A program made the position numbers and the translations under genes. The notes beneath the pieces were generated by a model. It was given only the letters and a program-made list of their open reading frames with translations. It was not told where the DNA came from and ran no database searches. From the IMG/VR virus record IMGVR_UViG_3300001533_002237, positions 1 through 64,000 of that record: a stretch of DNA of 64,000 bases; one strand, 5' to 3'. Origin of the DNA: a virus. This document shows positions 1 through 9,627 of this stretch, piece by piece (positions within the stretch are counted from its first letter, which is position 1; every line of letters starts with the position of its first letter).

Positions 1-78
1 CCAAGTCCAGTAAATAATACACAAGACATTACTGATGCACTAAGAATTTATGTTGCACCAATTTATCTTATTAATTAA
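1..78 (+). CDS. 3' end of a gene truncated by the window edge
   Basis: Open frame PSPVNNTQDITDALRIYVAPIYLIN ending in TAA at 76-78. Confidence 0.55.
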   Translation, partial: PSPVNNTQDITDALRIYVAPIYLIN

Positions 79-108
79 TTGTTTATAAGATTTTTTTATT
101 TATCTTTG
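79..108 (+). promoter_or_regulatory. Bacteroidota primary-sigma-type promoter (-33 TTG / -7 TAnnTTTG)
   Basis: TTG 79-81, 19-nt spacer, TATCTTTG 101-108, 17 nt upstream of the helicase ATG. Confidence 0.7.
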
Positions 109-125
109 TACTATATTGAATTATT

Positions 126-2954
126 ATGCAAAAATTAGTGTTTGTAGTACATTGTGAACGAATAAAAAATAGACAGTGGTATTATCTTAGATTCCCAATT
201 AATGACCAATTAATTCAGAGATTAAAAAATTTACCTGAAGATACTCGTAAATGGAATGCAGGTATGATGTGTTGGGAAGTTAAGGTATCATCATTATTTG
301 CTTTAATAAAAAGATATAAAGGGTCAACTAAAATCCATTTTGATTTTGGAAATGAAGAAAGTCGTAAGATTTTTATTGAACAAGTTAAAAAAATTGAAGT
401 TAAAGAAGAAGAAAAACGGAAATTTATTATTGACCTTAATATAAAAAAAGAAGAATGGGTTAAATATAAAGAAGAACTTGAGAAAACATATGTTGAGTAT
501 AGTGATGAAATGCATGCATTATTAAAAGAAGGTGTTAAATTATATCCGCACCAAATTGTTGCAAGCATGTTTATGAATGTTACTCGTAATACGCTGATTA
601 GCCATGACATGGGTTTAGGAAAAACACTTTCTGCAATATTATATGCTGAGATGAATAATTTTGAAAAAATTTTTGTTATAACACCTAATTCATTAAAATT
701 TAATTTTTATTATGAAATAAAGAAATTTACTGATAGTACTGCACATATAATTAATTGGAATAAAAATGATTGTGGTCTTGAGGAAGCAAAATATATAATA
801 GTAAATTACGATTTCTTTAATCCCAATATTAAAAGTGGTAAATTTTTAACTAAGTGGAAAAAATTGGGTATTAATGTTATTGATGCAGTAATTTGTGATG
901 AAAGTCAAAAAATAAAAAATACTAAGACAAATATTTATAAAAACTTTAAAAGAACTTTTAGTAAATCAATATTCAGGGATGGTAAAATTAGTAAAATATT
1001 TTTATCAGGAACGCCAGCACCAAATCGTGCACATGAATTATATACAGTACTTAATCAAATTTCACCACTTGATTTTCCAACAAAAAAATATTTTCAAGAA
1101 TATTATTGTGGTATGACTCGTGATTTAGAAGGGGGTTGGGGATATCAAATTGATACAATGGCACAAAAATTTGAAGAATTATACCATAAAATAGCACCAT
1201 TTACACATAGAAAACGTAAATTTGAAGTCTTAACCGACCTTCCAGATAAGACATATCAACGTATTATATTGGAAATGACAGAAAAAGAACAAAAAATATA
1301 TAATGATATTGAAGCAGGTGTAAGCAATGAATTCATTGAACAACCTAATGGAAATCCATTAACAATAATGATTCGATTAAGACAGTATTTAGCACAACTT
1401 AAAATTAAACACGTAAATGATGTTATTGAAAATGTTTTGGAAACAGGAGAAAAGGTAATAATAATGGATTATTTTAAAGATTCACTTCGTGAATTAAAAG
1501 AAATGTTTGGTGATATTGCTGGATTACATACTGGTGACCAAAGCGTGGAAGAACGTTCCGAGTTAGTGAAGAAGTTTCAAAACCCTGATAGTAATTTAAA
1601 AGTTTTTTTAGGTAGTATTCAAACGAGTAATTATGGACTTACACTTACTGCTGCAAGTAAATTATTTATTATGACGTTACCATATAGTGTTGGGGAATAT
1701 GACCAAGCTGCTGATAGATGTATTTTAAATGGTGAATTAGTATTAACTAAAAATGGGTATATTCCAATTGAAAAAATTAAAATTAATGATTTAGTTTATA
1801 CAGTTAAAGGTAATTGGAAATTAGTATCTAATATCAGTAATAAGATTGAGAGAAACAAATCGTTTTATGATATTAAATATAAAGGATTTTATAAACCATT
1901 AAGATGTACCGAAGACCATAAAGTATATGTATATAATTATAATGACAATAAATATTATTGGATTGAAGCATCACAGATTAATATAATGAAACACGGAATG
2001 GTTTTTCCAAAAATTAACATTGGTAACTATAATGAAAAATTTCAAATTGAAGAATATAAATCAAATAGACATAATAAACAAAACATTTATTTAAATCCTA
2101 ATTTAACTAAAGAATTATTATATGCTTTTGGTAGATATGTTGGTGATGGACATGTAAACAATCATCAAGTGTCAATATGTGGACATATTAAAGAATATCA
2201 AGAAGTATTGAATTGTATTAATACAATAAAAAATGAATTTAATATATTAAATCATACTGAATATAAAAGAGATAATAAAGTGGAAATGTATATATCATCA
2301 ATCGAGTTAAGAAACAATTTTAAAATCTGGTTTGGTGAAGGCGCATATAATAAATCAATACCTGATTTTATATTTCATTTAGATAAATTTCTAATTAAAT
2401 CTTTTTTGGATGGATATTATGGTGCTGATGGTTATAAACGAAAAAACACACAACAAGCATCGACTGTTTCAAAATATTTATTTTATCAAATAATTTTTTT
2501 GGAAGGCTTATTAGGTAATACTCCTTCACTTAGATTTAATGATAATGCAAAATGTTGGTCAGTCGAATATTCCTTACAGGATAAAATAAAAAGAAAGATG
2601 TTAATTAAAAATCATAATGGTAACATTATATATCCAATTCAAGAAATTAAAAATTATAAACCAAAACGAATTGATGAAAGAGTATATGATTTGACAATTG
2701 AAGATGATGAATCATTTATTGTCGGATTATCTACTGTACATAATTGTCATCGTATTGGTCAGAAGAATGTGGTAAATATTTACCCGTTAATATTTCCAGA
2801 TACAATTGATGATTATATATTTTCAGCTATTGAAGGAAAACGTAAAGAAATTGTTAAAGTTATTGATAATGAAGATTATACTTCAAATATAAATGAATCG
2901 GTATTAAGTGAAGTAATTGAAAAAATTAAGGAAAAACATGGCAAATCAGTATAA
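126..2954 (+). CDS. SNF2-family (SF2) helicase containing an intein
   Basis: LYPHQ, DMGLGKT (Walker A), DESQ (Walker B), LSGTP, GLTLT; motif VI QAADR/CHRIGQ is split by the intein. Confidence 0.93.
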   Translation: MQKLVFVVHCERIKNRQWYYLRFPINDQLIQRLKNLPEDTRKWNAGMMCWEVKVSSLFALIKRYKGSTKIHFDFGNEESRKIFIEQVKKIEVKEEEKRKFIIDLNIKKEEWVKYKEELEKTYVEYSDEMHALLKEGVKLYPHQIVASMFMNVTRNTLISHDMGLGKTLSAILYAEMNNFEKIFVITPNSLKFNFYYEIKKFTDSTAHIINWNKNDCGLEEAKYIIVNYDFFNPNIKSGKFLTKWKKLGINVIDAVICDESQKIKNTKTNIYKNFKRTFSKSIFRDGKISKIFLSGTPAPNRAHELYTVLNQISPLDFPTKKYFQEYYCGMTRDLEGGWGYQIDTMAQKFEELYHKIAPFTHRKRKFEVLTDLPDKTYQRIILEMTEKEQKIYNDIEAGVSNEFIEQPNGNPLTIMIRLRQYLAQLKIKHVNDVIENVLETGEKVIIMDYFKDSLRELKEMFGDIAGLHTGDQSVEERSELVKKFQNPDSNLKVFLGSIQTSNYGLTLTAASKLFIMTLPYSVGEYDQAADRCILNGELVLTKNGYIPIEKIKINDLVYTVKGNWKLVSNISNKIERNKSFYDIKYKGFYKPLRCTEDHKVYVYNYNDNKYYWIEASQINIMKHGMVFPKINIGNYNEKFQIEEYKSNRHNKQNIYLNPNLTKELLYAFGRYVGDGHVNNHQVSICGHIKEYQEVLNCINTIKNEFNILNHTEYKRDNKVEMYISSIELRNNFKIWFGEGAYNKSIPDFIFHLDKFLIKSFLDGYYGADGYKRKNTQQASTVSKYLFYQIIFLEGLLGNTPSLRFNDNAKCWSVEYSLQDKIKRKMLIKNHNGNIIYPIQEIKNYKPKRIDERVYDLTIEDDESFIVGLSTVHNCHRIGQKNVVNIYPLIFPDTIDDYIFSAIEGKRKEIVKVIDNEDYTSNINESVLSEVIEKIKEKHGKSV
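1719..2744 (+). mobile_element. Intein with LAGLIDADG homing endonuclease (342 aa)
   Basis: Starts CILNGELVLT, block B TEDH, LAGLIDADG-like motifs FGRYVGDG and FLDGYYGADG, ends VYDLTIEDDESFIVGLSTVHN followed by a Cys +1 residue. Confidence 0.93.
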
Positions 2955-3299
2955 ATGGAATATTAATCCTTTTCAAGATTTTTTATTAGCATCATTAATG
3001 TATGATGCAGATATATCTGATACGGATTTAGAAGTTGATATTTATATCGCATTTAATTCAATATTAGGATATTTACTTAATGATTCAAAAGAAATTGAAT
3101 TATTAGATTTTGAAATAAAAAAAATAATAATAAATTTAAAATTATTGGTAAAAATCTAATATCTGCACTTTGGTTATCAGGTATCTTTCCTAAAAACCCA
3201 ATAAAAGTAATAAATGAAAATGAATATTTTATTGACAATTTAAAATATAAGTTTAATCCAAAGACAAATAAATTAACTCATCAATTAATTAAAAAATGA
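2938..3299 (+). pseudogene. Hypothetical protein interrupted by a frameshift in an A8 run
   Basis: ATG 2938; adding one A at 3117-3124 continues the frame (NNKFKIIGKNLISALWLSGIFP...) to TGA 3297-3299, which overlaps the QueC ATG. Confidence 0.65.
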
Positions 3300-4108
3300 A
3301 AAAAGTAGGTGTTTTATTTTCTGGTGGTCTAGATTCTACATATTTAGTTTGGAAGAATCTTAAAGACGGAAATCAGGTTTTCCCAATATATGTGGAAATT
3401 GAAAATAATGATGTAAAATCTATTCTTGAAAAAAATAGAATTGAATTATTATACGATGAATTTTCAAAAGAATTTAAAGAAAAAATTCATTTTATTAGTT
3501 ATGCTACAAGTGTTGGCGTTAATGCAAATGAAGATAGTTTATATTTTAAACAAATACCAATTTGGATATTAGCTATGATGTTTTATCAGAGTATTGATAT
3601 TGATGAAATACAAATTGGTTATGTTAGTAATGATGATGCTATACCATATTTAGATGATATACAAAACATTTATAAATCATATGAAGTAATTCATAATAAA
3701 TTGAGACCATTAGTATTTCCTTTATCGAAAAAGAAAAAATATGATATGGCACATGAATTACCTAAAGAATATTTAGATTTAATAATTAGTTGTGAAAATC
3801 CTAAAATTATCGGTTCTAAAGATGATAAGATTATTCAATATGAACCATGTTGTAAATGTGTACCTTGTAGAACGATAATTAGTAGTAATTATTATGAAAC
3901 AAATAATTTTCCTGAAATATATAAGAAAAATTTAATTAAAATGCATTTACATGAATTACAAAAATTAAATTATAAATTATTTGATGAAAATGGAAAAGAA
4001 TTTAATCATTGGAATTATTATTCTGATGATGAAATAACAAATGAACCATATCAACTTAAAATTAATTTTTTTAAATCTCCGAAAATTAATTATATTGAAC
4101 GTGGTTAA
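3296..4108 (+). CDS. queC: QueC-like PP-loop ATPase (7-cyano-7-deazaguanine synthase family)
   Basis: N-terminal LFSGGLDST and C-terminal zinc motif SC...PCCKCVPC. Confidence 0.75.
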   Translation: MKKVGVLFSGGLDSTYLVWKNLKDGNQVFPIYVEIENNDVKSILEKNRIELLYDEFSKEFKEKIHFISYATSVGVNANEDSLYFKQIPIWILAMMFYQSIDIDEIQIGYVSNDDAIPYLDDIQNIYKSYEVIHNKLRPLVFPLSKKKKYDMAHELPKEYLDLIISCENPKIIGSKDDKIIQYEPCCKCVPCRTIISSNYYETNNFPEIYKKNLIKMHLHELQKLNYKLFDENGKEFNHWNYYSDDEITNEPYQLKINFFKSPKINYIERG

Positions 4109-4140
4109 TTAAATTATGAATTAAAAAATAATATTATAAT

Positions 4141-7100
4141 ATGAATAAACATCAAGTTTTAGGTGAAATTAAAGGATTCCTTGAAGGATATAATGAAGAT
4201 ATTAAATATTTAGTTAATGTCGAAACCGACCCAAGAACAAATTATGCTGAATGTATAATTCATGAACCAAATCATGAACCAAGAATTGAAAAGATAAGAT
4301 ATGAACCTTTTATGTATATGAAGGATTTATCTAGAATTGGTCGAATATTATATGCTAATTATGACGAATCATATATTGAAAGCAAGAAAATTAAATATGG
4401 TATAACAATAACTAAATTAAATACTGGAAATCAACAAAGATTATTAGATGGTTATTATTATAAAATAACTAGTCATAGGTCATATAATGATATAATTAAT
4501 TATATTCGTGATGGCGGTATTGATATTTTCGAAAAATTAACTGATGAACTTGGAAATTTTGTTAGAGATAATAAAGGTAAATTTGTTTATAGAAATCGTG
4601 ATTTATTTCATTCAGTTAAAACAACTGAACAATTTTTTATTTCAACACAATCAAGACTTTATAAAGGGTATGAACAATATAAGGAAGTTCATAGATTAAC
4701 ATATGATATTGAGACAACTGGTTTACGTTATCAAATTGCTAGAATGTTTGCTATTGGTGTTAGAGATAATCGTGGTTTTGAACAAGTTTTAGAAATAGAA
4801 AAAAATGATGATGAATCTGAAATAAGATTAATCCAAGATTTTTTTAATTTAATTGATTTAAAAAAACCTGCTGTTATTGTTGGTCATAACTCTGAAGATT
4901 TTGACTTCGAATTTATTTTAGGGAGAGCTAAAATACTTAAAATGGACTTAACTCAAGTCCCAAATGGATTAAAAGAAGGTGTGCTTTTAAAACGAAAAGG
5001 AAATACGAGTGTTAAGTACGGCAATACAACTGATAAATATACTTCAACTGAAATGTGGGGATATTCATTTATTGATACTCTCCATGCTGCGAAAAGAACT
5101 GCTGCAGTTAATAGCGATTTGAAAAGAACAAACCTAAAATATATTGCAAAATTTGAAAACTTTGCAAGAAAAAATAGAACATATATTAAAGGTGAAGATA
5201 ATGATATTGGTAAATTTTATAATGAAAATAATGTTTTCTTAATTAATGAAAAAAATGAATATATTGAATTACCACCTGAATTTCAAGAAGTTGGAAGAAA
5301 TCTATATAAACTTCAAGTAAATAAGGATAACATAACTGATGAACAATACAAGACATATAAAGCTAAATTTCTTAATGATGATAAGTTAATTAATAATGAA
5401 AAAACATTCGTTGATTGGTTTAAAGAAAATTGTATTGATAAAAAATTAACAACGTTTTTAGGTGGTAAGAAATTAGTACATCAATATCTTCTTGATGACC
5501 TTTGGGAAACAGAACAAGTTGATGAATTATATAATCAATCATCATTTATGCTTGCTAAAATAGTACCAACAGTTTATCAGAGAATTTGTACTATGGGTAC
5601 AGCAAGTATTTGGAATTTATTACTTACTGCATGGAGTTATGAAAATGATTTAGCAATTCCAATTCCAGATAAATTTGAAAAATTTGGTGGTGGATTAGCC
5701 AGAACATATAAAAAAGGATATTCAACTAAGATAATTAAAATTGACTACGCATCTCTTTACCCTATGATTCAGTTAACTCATGGAGTATTTCCGATGTTTG
5801 ATATTACTGGTGTTATGCAGAAAATGTTGTTATATATGACAACTACTCGTAATATCTATAAGAAAATGGGTGCTGGTGCTAAGTTAGATAATGAAGAACT
5901 TGGATTATTAAAACAAGTTGATCATGAAGCACATGATAAATATCTTAATGATAAGTTAATCAAAGAAGATATTGCGATGTTTAAGGTAAAACAATTACCT
6001 ATTAAAATTTTGAATAACTCGTTATATGGTGCATTAGGTTCACACATTAGTTTTAACTGGTCAGATAATATTTGTGCTGCATGGATTACAAGTGTTGCTC
6101 GTTTAGAATTAAGACATGCAATTCATTGGTTTAGTCAATTTGGTTGTATTGCATTATTAGCTGTAACTGATGGTGTTAACTTTAAAATACCCGATTTCAC
6201 ACATATAATAGTAAATGAAAATGGAGTTGATGATTCATCAAAAGATGAAGCACCTATTGATGAAATGTGGATTTATGGTGGTAAAACAGGTATTAATGCT
6301 TTAATTGAATATTTTAATGATACTGAAATGCCAAAACCATATATGAGTGTTGATAATGATGGTGAAAGTATTTCTTGTTTAAATCTTGCTCGTATTAATT
6401 ATGCAATGCTTTCAGAAACTAAAGATAAGAAAACTGGTGAAGTTAAAGAAAAAATTAAATTAACAGGTAATACATTGAAATCGAAAGTAATGCCTGAATA
6501 TATTCAAGAATTTATTGATAAAGGTTTGGATTTAATTCTTCATGGTAAAGGAAAAGAATTTGTTGAATATTATTATAGTTATGCTGAAGATATTCGATAT
6601 ATGCAAATACCTTTAAAGAAAATTGCTAGTAAAAGTAAAGTAAAACAAACACTTAAAGCATATAAAAACAGAGGTACTGACAAGAATGGTAAAGCTAAAG
6701 CAAGTCAGGCACACATGGAATTATTAATTCAAGAAAGAGAGAAAATTGCGTTAGAACTTTTTGAAAAACATAAAATAGAGTTAGGTTTTGATAGTCCAGA
6801 AAAAGAACCGAAGAAAATTGATGATATTATGAAAGTTGTCATTAATTACATGCTACCTGAACCTGAATTAGATAGTACTGTTTATTATGTTAATACTGGT
6901 GAACGTAAATCACATGGTGATGTGAAAAAGGATAAAGATACTGGTGAAATAGAATTACGTTGCAAATTGATTAGTGCTAAAGACCTTGAAGAAAATCCTG
7001 ATATGACTGGTGAATATAATTATGAAAGATATCTTGATGCATTTAATAAAAGAGTTTGTTATAGTGATAAAAAAATAGGTGCTTTGCTTTCGGCATTTGA

Positions 7101-7848
7101 ACCAGAAGTTGCTGAGAAAATTCCTATAGAATTAGTGAAGAAAGGTGAAAATGCTGGTGATTTAATCAAAGGTGATTTTAATCCATTAAAAAATGAATTA
7201 GAACTTAAATCATTCGACCTCGATGATTTTGATGAATCAATGCATTTAAGCGAAAAAGAAGTTGATTTCTGGAATAAGACAGGATATGACCCAAGACTTG
7301 TATGGGATGGTTTTAAAATGCGTGATGATTATAAAGTCCATTATGAAATTTATGAAAACGCATTAAATTTCTTAAATTCAAAATTAGAAGAAAAAGGTGA
7401 TAAACTCAGAATTAAATCAGTAAATGATGATTATCAAAAAGATGATTTAGTTCTAATTAAAAATAATAGTAATTATAGTCTTGGTGTATATAATGGTATT
7501 TATATGAAAATTATCAGAGATAATATCGAAATACCAAAAAGTGAAATAGAAATAGAACTCGATAGAATTAATGAAGAAAATCAGAAAAAAAATGAAGAAT
7601 TAAAATCGAGTGAATTAATTACTAAATCAGATAGAGAAATTTTCTTAGAAGCACAAGCTAAAAAAAGACAAGAATATTTTAAGGAATTTAAACAAGTCTT
7701 TTGTCTTGATTTAACATATACAATGGAAAAATTATTTACTGAAATTCCTGAAGCCAAAGGTGCTTTTGATATGTATATTCAAAATATTGAAAATGAAATT
7801 AATAAAAGTGTAGAAGAATATTTAGGTGTTGATGAAGAAACATATTGA
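4141..7848 (+). CDS. Family B DNA polymerase
   Basis: Exonuclease motifs DIETTG and HNSEDFD; motif A DYASLYP; motif B KILNNSLYG; motif C variant AVTDG. Confidence 0.93.
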   Translation: MNKHQVLGEIKGFLEGYNEDIKYLVNVETDPRTNYAECIIHEPNHEPRIEKIRYEPFMYMKDLSRIGRILYANYDESYIESKKIKYGITITKLNTGNQQRLLDGYYYKITSHRSYNDIINYIRDGGIDIFEKLTDELGNFVRDNKGKFVYRNRDLFHSVKTTEQFFISTQSRLYKGYEQYKEVHRLTYDIETTGLRYQIARMFAIGVRDNRGFEQVLEIEKNDDESEIRLIQDFFNLIDLKKPAVIVGHNSEDFDFEFILGRAKILKMDLTQVPNGLKEGVLLKRKGNTSVKYGNTTDKYTSTEMWGYSFIDTLHAAKRTAAVNSDLKRTNLKYIAKFENFARKNRTYIKGEDNDIGKFYNENNVFLINEKNEYIELPPEFQEVGRNLYKLQVNKDNITDEQYKTYKAKFLNDDKLINNEKTFVDWFKENCIDKKLTTFLGGKKLVHQYLLDDLWETEQVDELYNQSSFMLAKIVPTVYQRICTMGTASIWNLLLTAWSYENDLAIPIPDKFEKFGGGLARTYKKGYSTKIIKIDYASLYPMIQLTHGVFPMFDITGVMQKMLLYMTTTRNIYKKMGAGAKLDNEELGLLKQVDHEAHDKYLNDKLIKEDIAMFKVKQLPIKILNNSLYGALGSHISFNWSDNICAAWITSVARLELRHAIHWFSQFGCIALLAVTDGVNFKIPDFTHIIVNENGVDDSSKDEAPIDEMWIYGGKTGINALIEYFNDTEMPKPYMSVDNDGESISCLNLARINYAMLSETKDKKTGEVKEKIKLTGNTLKSKVMPEYIQEFIDKGLDLILHGKGKEFVEYYYSYAEDIRYMQIPLKKIASKSKVKQTLKAYKNRGTDKNGKAKASQAHMELLIQEREKIALELFEKHKIELGFDSPEKEPKKIDDIMKVVINYMLPEPELDSTVYYVNTGERKSHGDVKKDKDTGEIELRCKLISAKDLEENPDMTGEYNYERYLDAFNKRVCYSDKKIGALLSAFEPEVAEKIPIELVKKGENAGDLIKGDFNPLKNELELKSFDLDDFDESMHLSEKEVDFWNKTGYDPRLVWDGFKMRDDYKVHYEIYENALNFLNSKLEEKGDKLRIKSVNDDYQKDDLVLIKNNSNYSLGVYNGIYMKIIRDNIEIPKSEIEIELDRINEENQKKNEELKSSELITKSDREIFLEAQAKKRQEYFKEFKQVFCLDLTYTMEKLFTEIPEAKGAFDMYIQNIENEINKSVEEYLGVDEETY

Positions 7849-7857
7849 TATTATTAA

Positions 7858-7866
7858 GTATTTATA
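7858..7866 (+). promoter_or_regulatory. Putative late promoter GTATTTATA (first of about 17 copies)
   Basis: Same motif also at 9305, 10588, 11369, 13901, 18364, 21960, 24346, 31619, 36161, 38274, 44615, 50136, 51941, 53356, 57682 and on the minus strand at 62723-62731, each about 10-35 nt before a start codon. Confidence 0.75.
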
Positions 7867-7881
7867 TGAAAATATTCTAAC

Positions 7882-8544
7882 ATGAAATATAAAAAGAAAG
7901 AATTAGCTGAAATAATTGATGGAAATGGTGAATTAATTGGTAAAAATGATATACCTGATGTTGATAAAGATGCTGATACTCAAGCAAAAAACACAAGTGA
8001 TTATAATGCGAAAGTAGGAACACAACCATTTAGATACGATATGTTGGGTCGTTTCGGATTCACATTAATGCCTTTTATGGAAGGTGAAGAAAAAAATCAA
8101 GGTCAAACTGAATTAGTTAATGATGTTTCAGATGAATTATTTGACTTATATCTTGAGATTCTTGAAAATTTTTATAGAAATCCTAATAAAATTAAATCAG
8201 AATTTAGAGTAATAGCTAAAGAAAAAGCTGATGGTTCAGATAAAAATGCTCTTAAAGATAATATTAAATTTAATTTTAATAAATATAGTGAAAAATTAAT
8301 CAAAATTTTTGAAAAACATTTAGATGAGTCATTAAAAAATCTTGATGAACAATTTCAAGAAAATATTGTAGAAGGTAAAGTTCTTGAAGTAATTGTTGAT
8401 AAAAAAGAAGATGAAATGACAACTAAAACTGATGATAAAGAAGTACGTGAAAAGAAAATTGAAAAAATCGCTGGTCTAATTAATAAATTAGAAAAGAAAG
8501 ATATTGATAAGTTAGTAAATTTATTGGAGAAAAAGAATGGCTAA
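7882..8544 (+). CDS. Hypothetical acidic protein, probable head-associated protein
   Basis: 220-aa ORF after a late motif; clustered LDE/IVE/VLE motifs. Confidence 0.6.
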   Translation: MKYKKKELAEIIDGNGELIGKNDIPDVDKDADTQAKNTSDYNAKVGTQPFRYDMLGRFGFTLMPFMEGEEKNQGQTELVNDVSDELFDLYLEILENFYRNPNKIKSEFRVIAKEKADGSDKNALKDNIKFNFNKYSEKLIKIFEKHLDESLKNLDEQFQENIVEGKVLEVIVDKKEDEMTTKTDDKEVREKKIEKIAGLINKLEKKDIDKLVNLLEKKNG

Positions 8545-9301
8545 TCAAGAATTATATAATAAGACGTATAAAATACCAACAGAAGTACTAAAAGACATTC
8601 AAATAGCCTTGGTATCCAATCCTAATGGTGAAGGTGTTAAACGAGCTAAATTCATGCTTAAAAACGGTTATCTAACTTATCAAGCAATGAAAAGAATATT
8701 ACATGATTTTGATAAAATGGATAATACTCAACAAGCTCTTGCTGGTGGTCAACAAATGAAAGCATTTATTGAAACAACATTAAATGCTGATAGAAATGCC
8801 GAAAAAACAGGTAAAAAGGTTAGACGAGATATGAGAAATAATATCCAATCTGATTTAAAATCACATCAGGCAAGACCAGACCTTAACGAGAGTAAAAAAA
8901 AAGATAAAGCAAAAAATGCTGTTGCTGTTATTGTGAATAATGATAATAAAATTTTATTATTAAAACGTTCTGATTACGAAAAACAATGGATGCCGAATAA
9001 ATGGTCATTAGTCGGTGGTGCAATTGAAAAAGGTGAAACACCTCAAAAAGCTGTTGAAAGAGAAATAATGGAAGAAACTGGATTAGAAATAAAAAAATTC
9101 AGTAAATCATTTACAATTGAAACACATCAAGATAGTATTGAACATGTATTCGCCTGTAGATATGATGGTGAACCAACAGATATTAAACTTAATGATGAAA
9201 ATAGTAATTATGGTTGGTATGATATTAGTGAAATGGAATATCTTGATATTGTTCCACATTTAATTGAATTTATTACATTAGTATTTAAAAAATATAATTA
9301 A
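8537..9301 (+). CDS. Nudix hydrolase with N-terminal extension
   Basis: Nudix box GGAIEKGETPQKAVEREIMEETGL. Confidence 0.9.
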   Translation: MANQELYNKTYKIPTEVLKDIQIALVSNPNGEGVKRAKFMLKNGYLTYQAMKRILHDFDKMDNTQQALAGGQQMKAFIETTLNADRNAEKTGKKVRRDMRNNIQSDLKSHQARPDLNESKKKDKAKNAVAVIVNNDNKILLLKRSDYEKQWMPNKWSLVGGAIEKGETPQKAVEREIMEETGLEIKKFSKSFTIETHQDSIEHVFACRYDGEPTDIKLNDENSNYGWYDISEMEYLDIVPHLIEFITLVFKKYN

Positions 9302-9345
9302 ATTGTATTTATAATAAATAACAGAAAAGATTAAAAACTAAAAAA

Positions 9346-9627
9346 ATGGCAGATGGTGAAAACACTAGTAGATTATTAACAAGTAGTGAAGAAATAAGAG
9401 AAGCAATGCTTGCAAAAAATGGTAAATTATATACTGAAGGTAAAGAATATAAAACAGGTCACCCAAATTCAATTTCAGATGGTGATGAAAAAGGAAGAGA
9501 CCCCGAAGATGAAGGTGGTTCAATAGGAACATCAGTTGATATTGAGAATAGAGAAGCAATGCTTGCAAAAAATGGTAATTTATATACTTGCGGTAATGAA
9601 TATACTGCTGGTAGTGATAATGTATAA
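9346..9627 (+). CDS. Small hypothetical protein with an internal repeat
   Basis: REAMLAKNG(K/N)LYT occurs twice; late motif at 9305. Confidence 0.7.
   Translation: MADGENTSRLLTSSEEIREAMLAKNGKLYTEGKEYKTGHPNSISDGDEKGRDPEDEGGSIGTSVDIENREAMLAKNGNLYTCGNEYTAGSDNV
9397..9588 (+). repeat. 39-nt direct repeat (9397-9435 and 9550-9588)
   Basis: agagaagcaatgcttgcaaaaaatggtaaWttatatact, one mismatch. Confidence 0.85.

Noticed and set aside
9397-9588. DGR template/variable repeat pair
   Set aside because: Only 39 nt, a single mismatch, both copies in one small ORF, and no reverse transcriptase in the window
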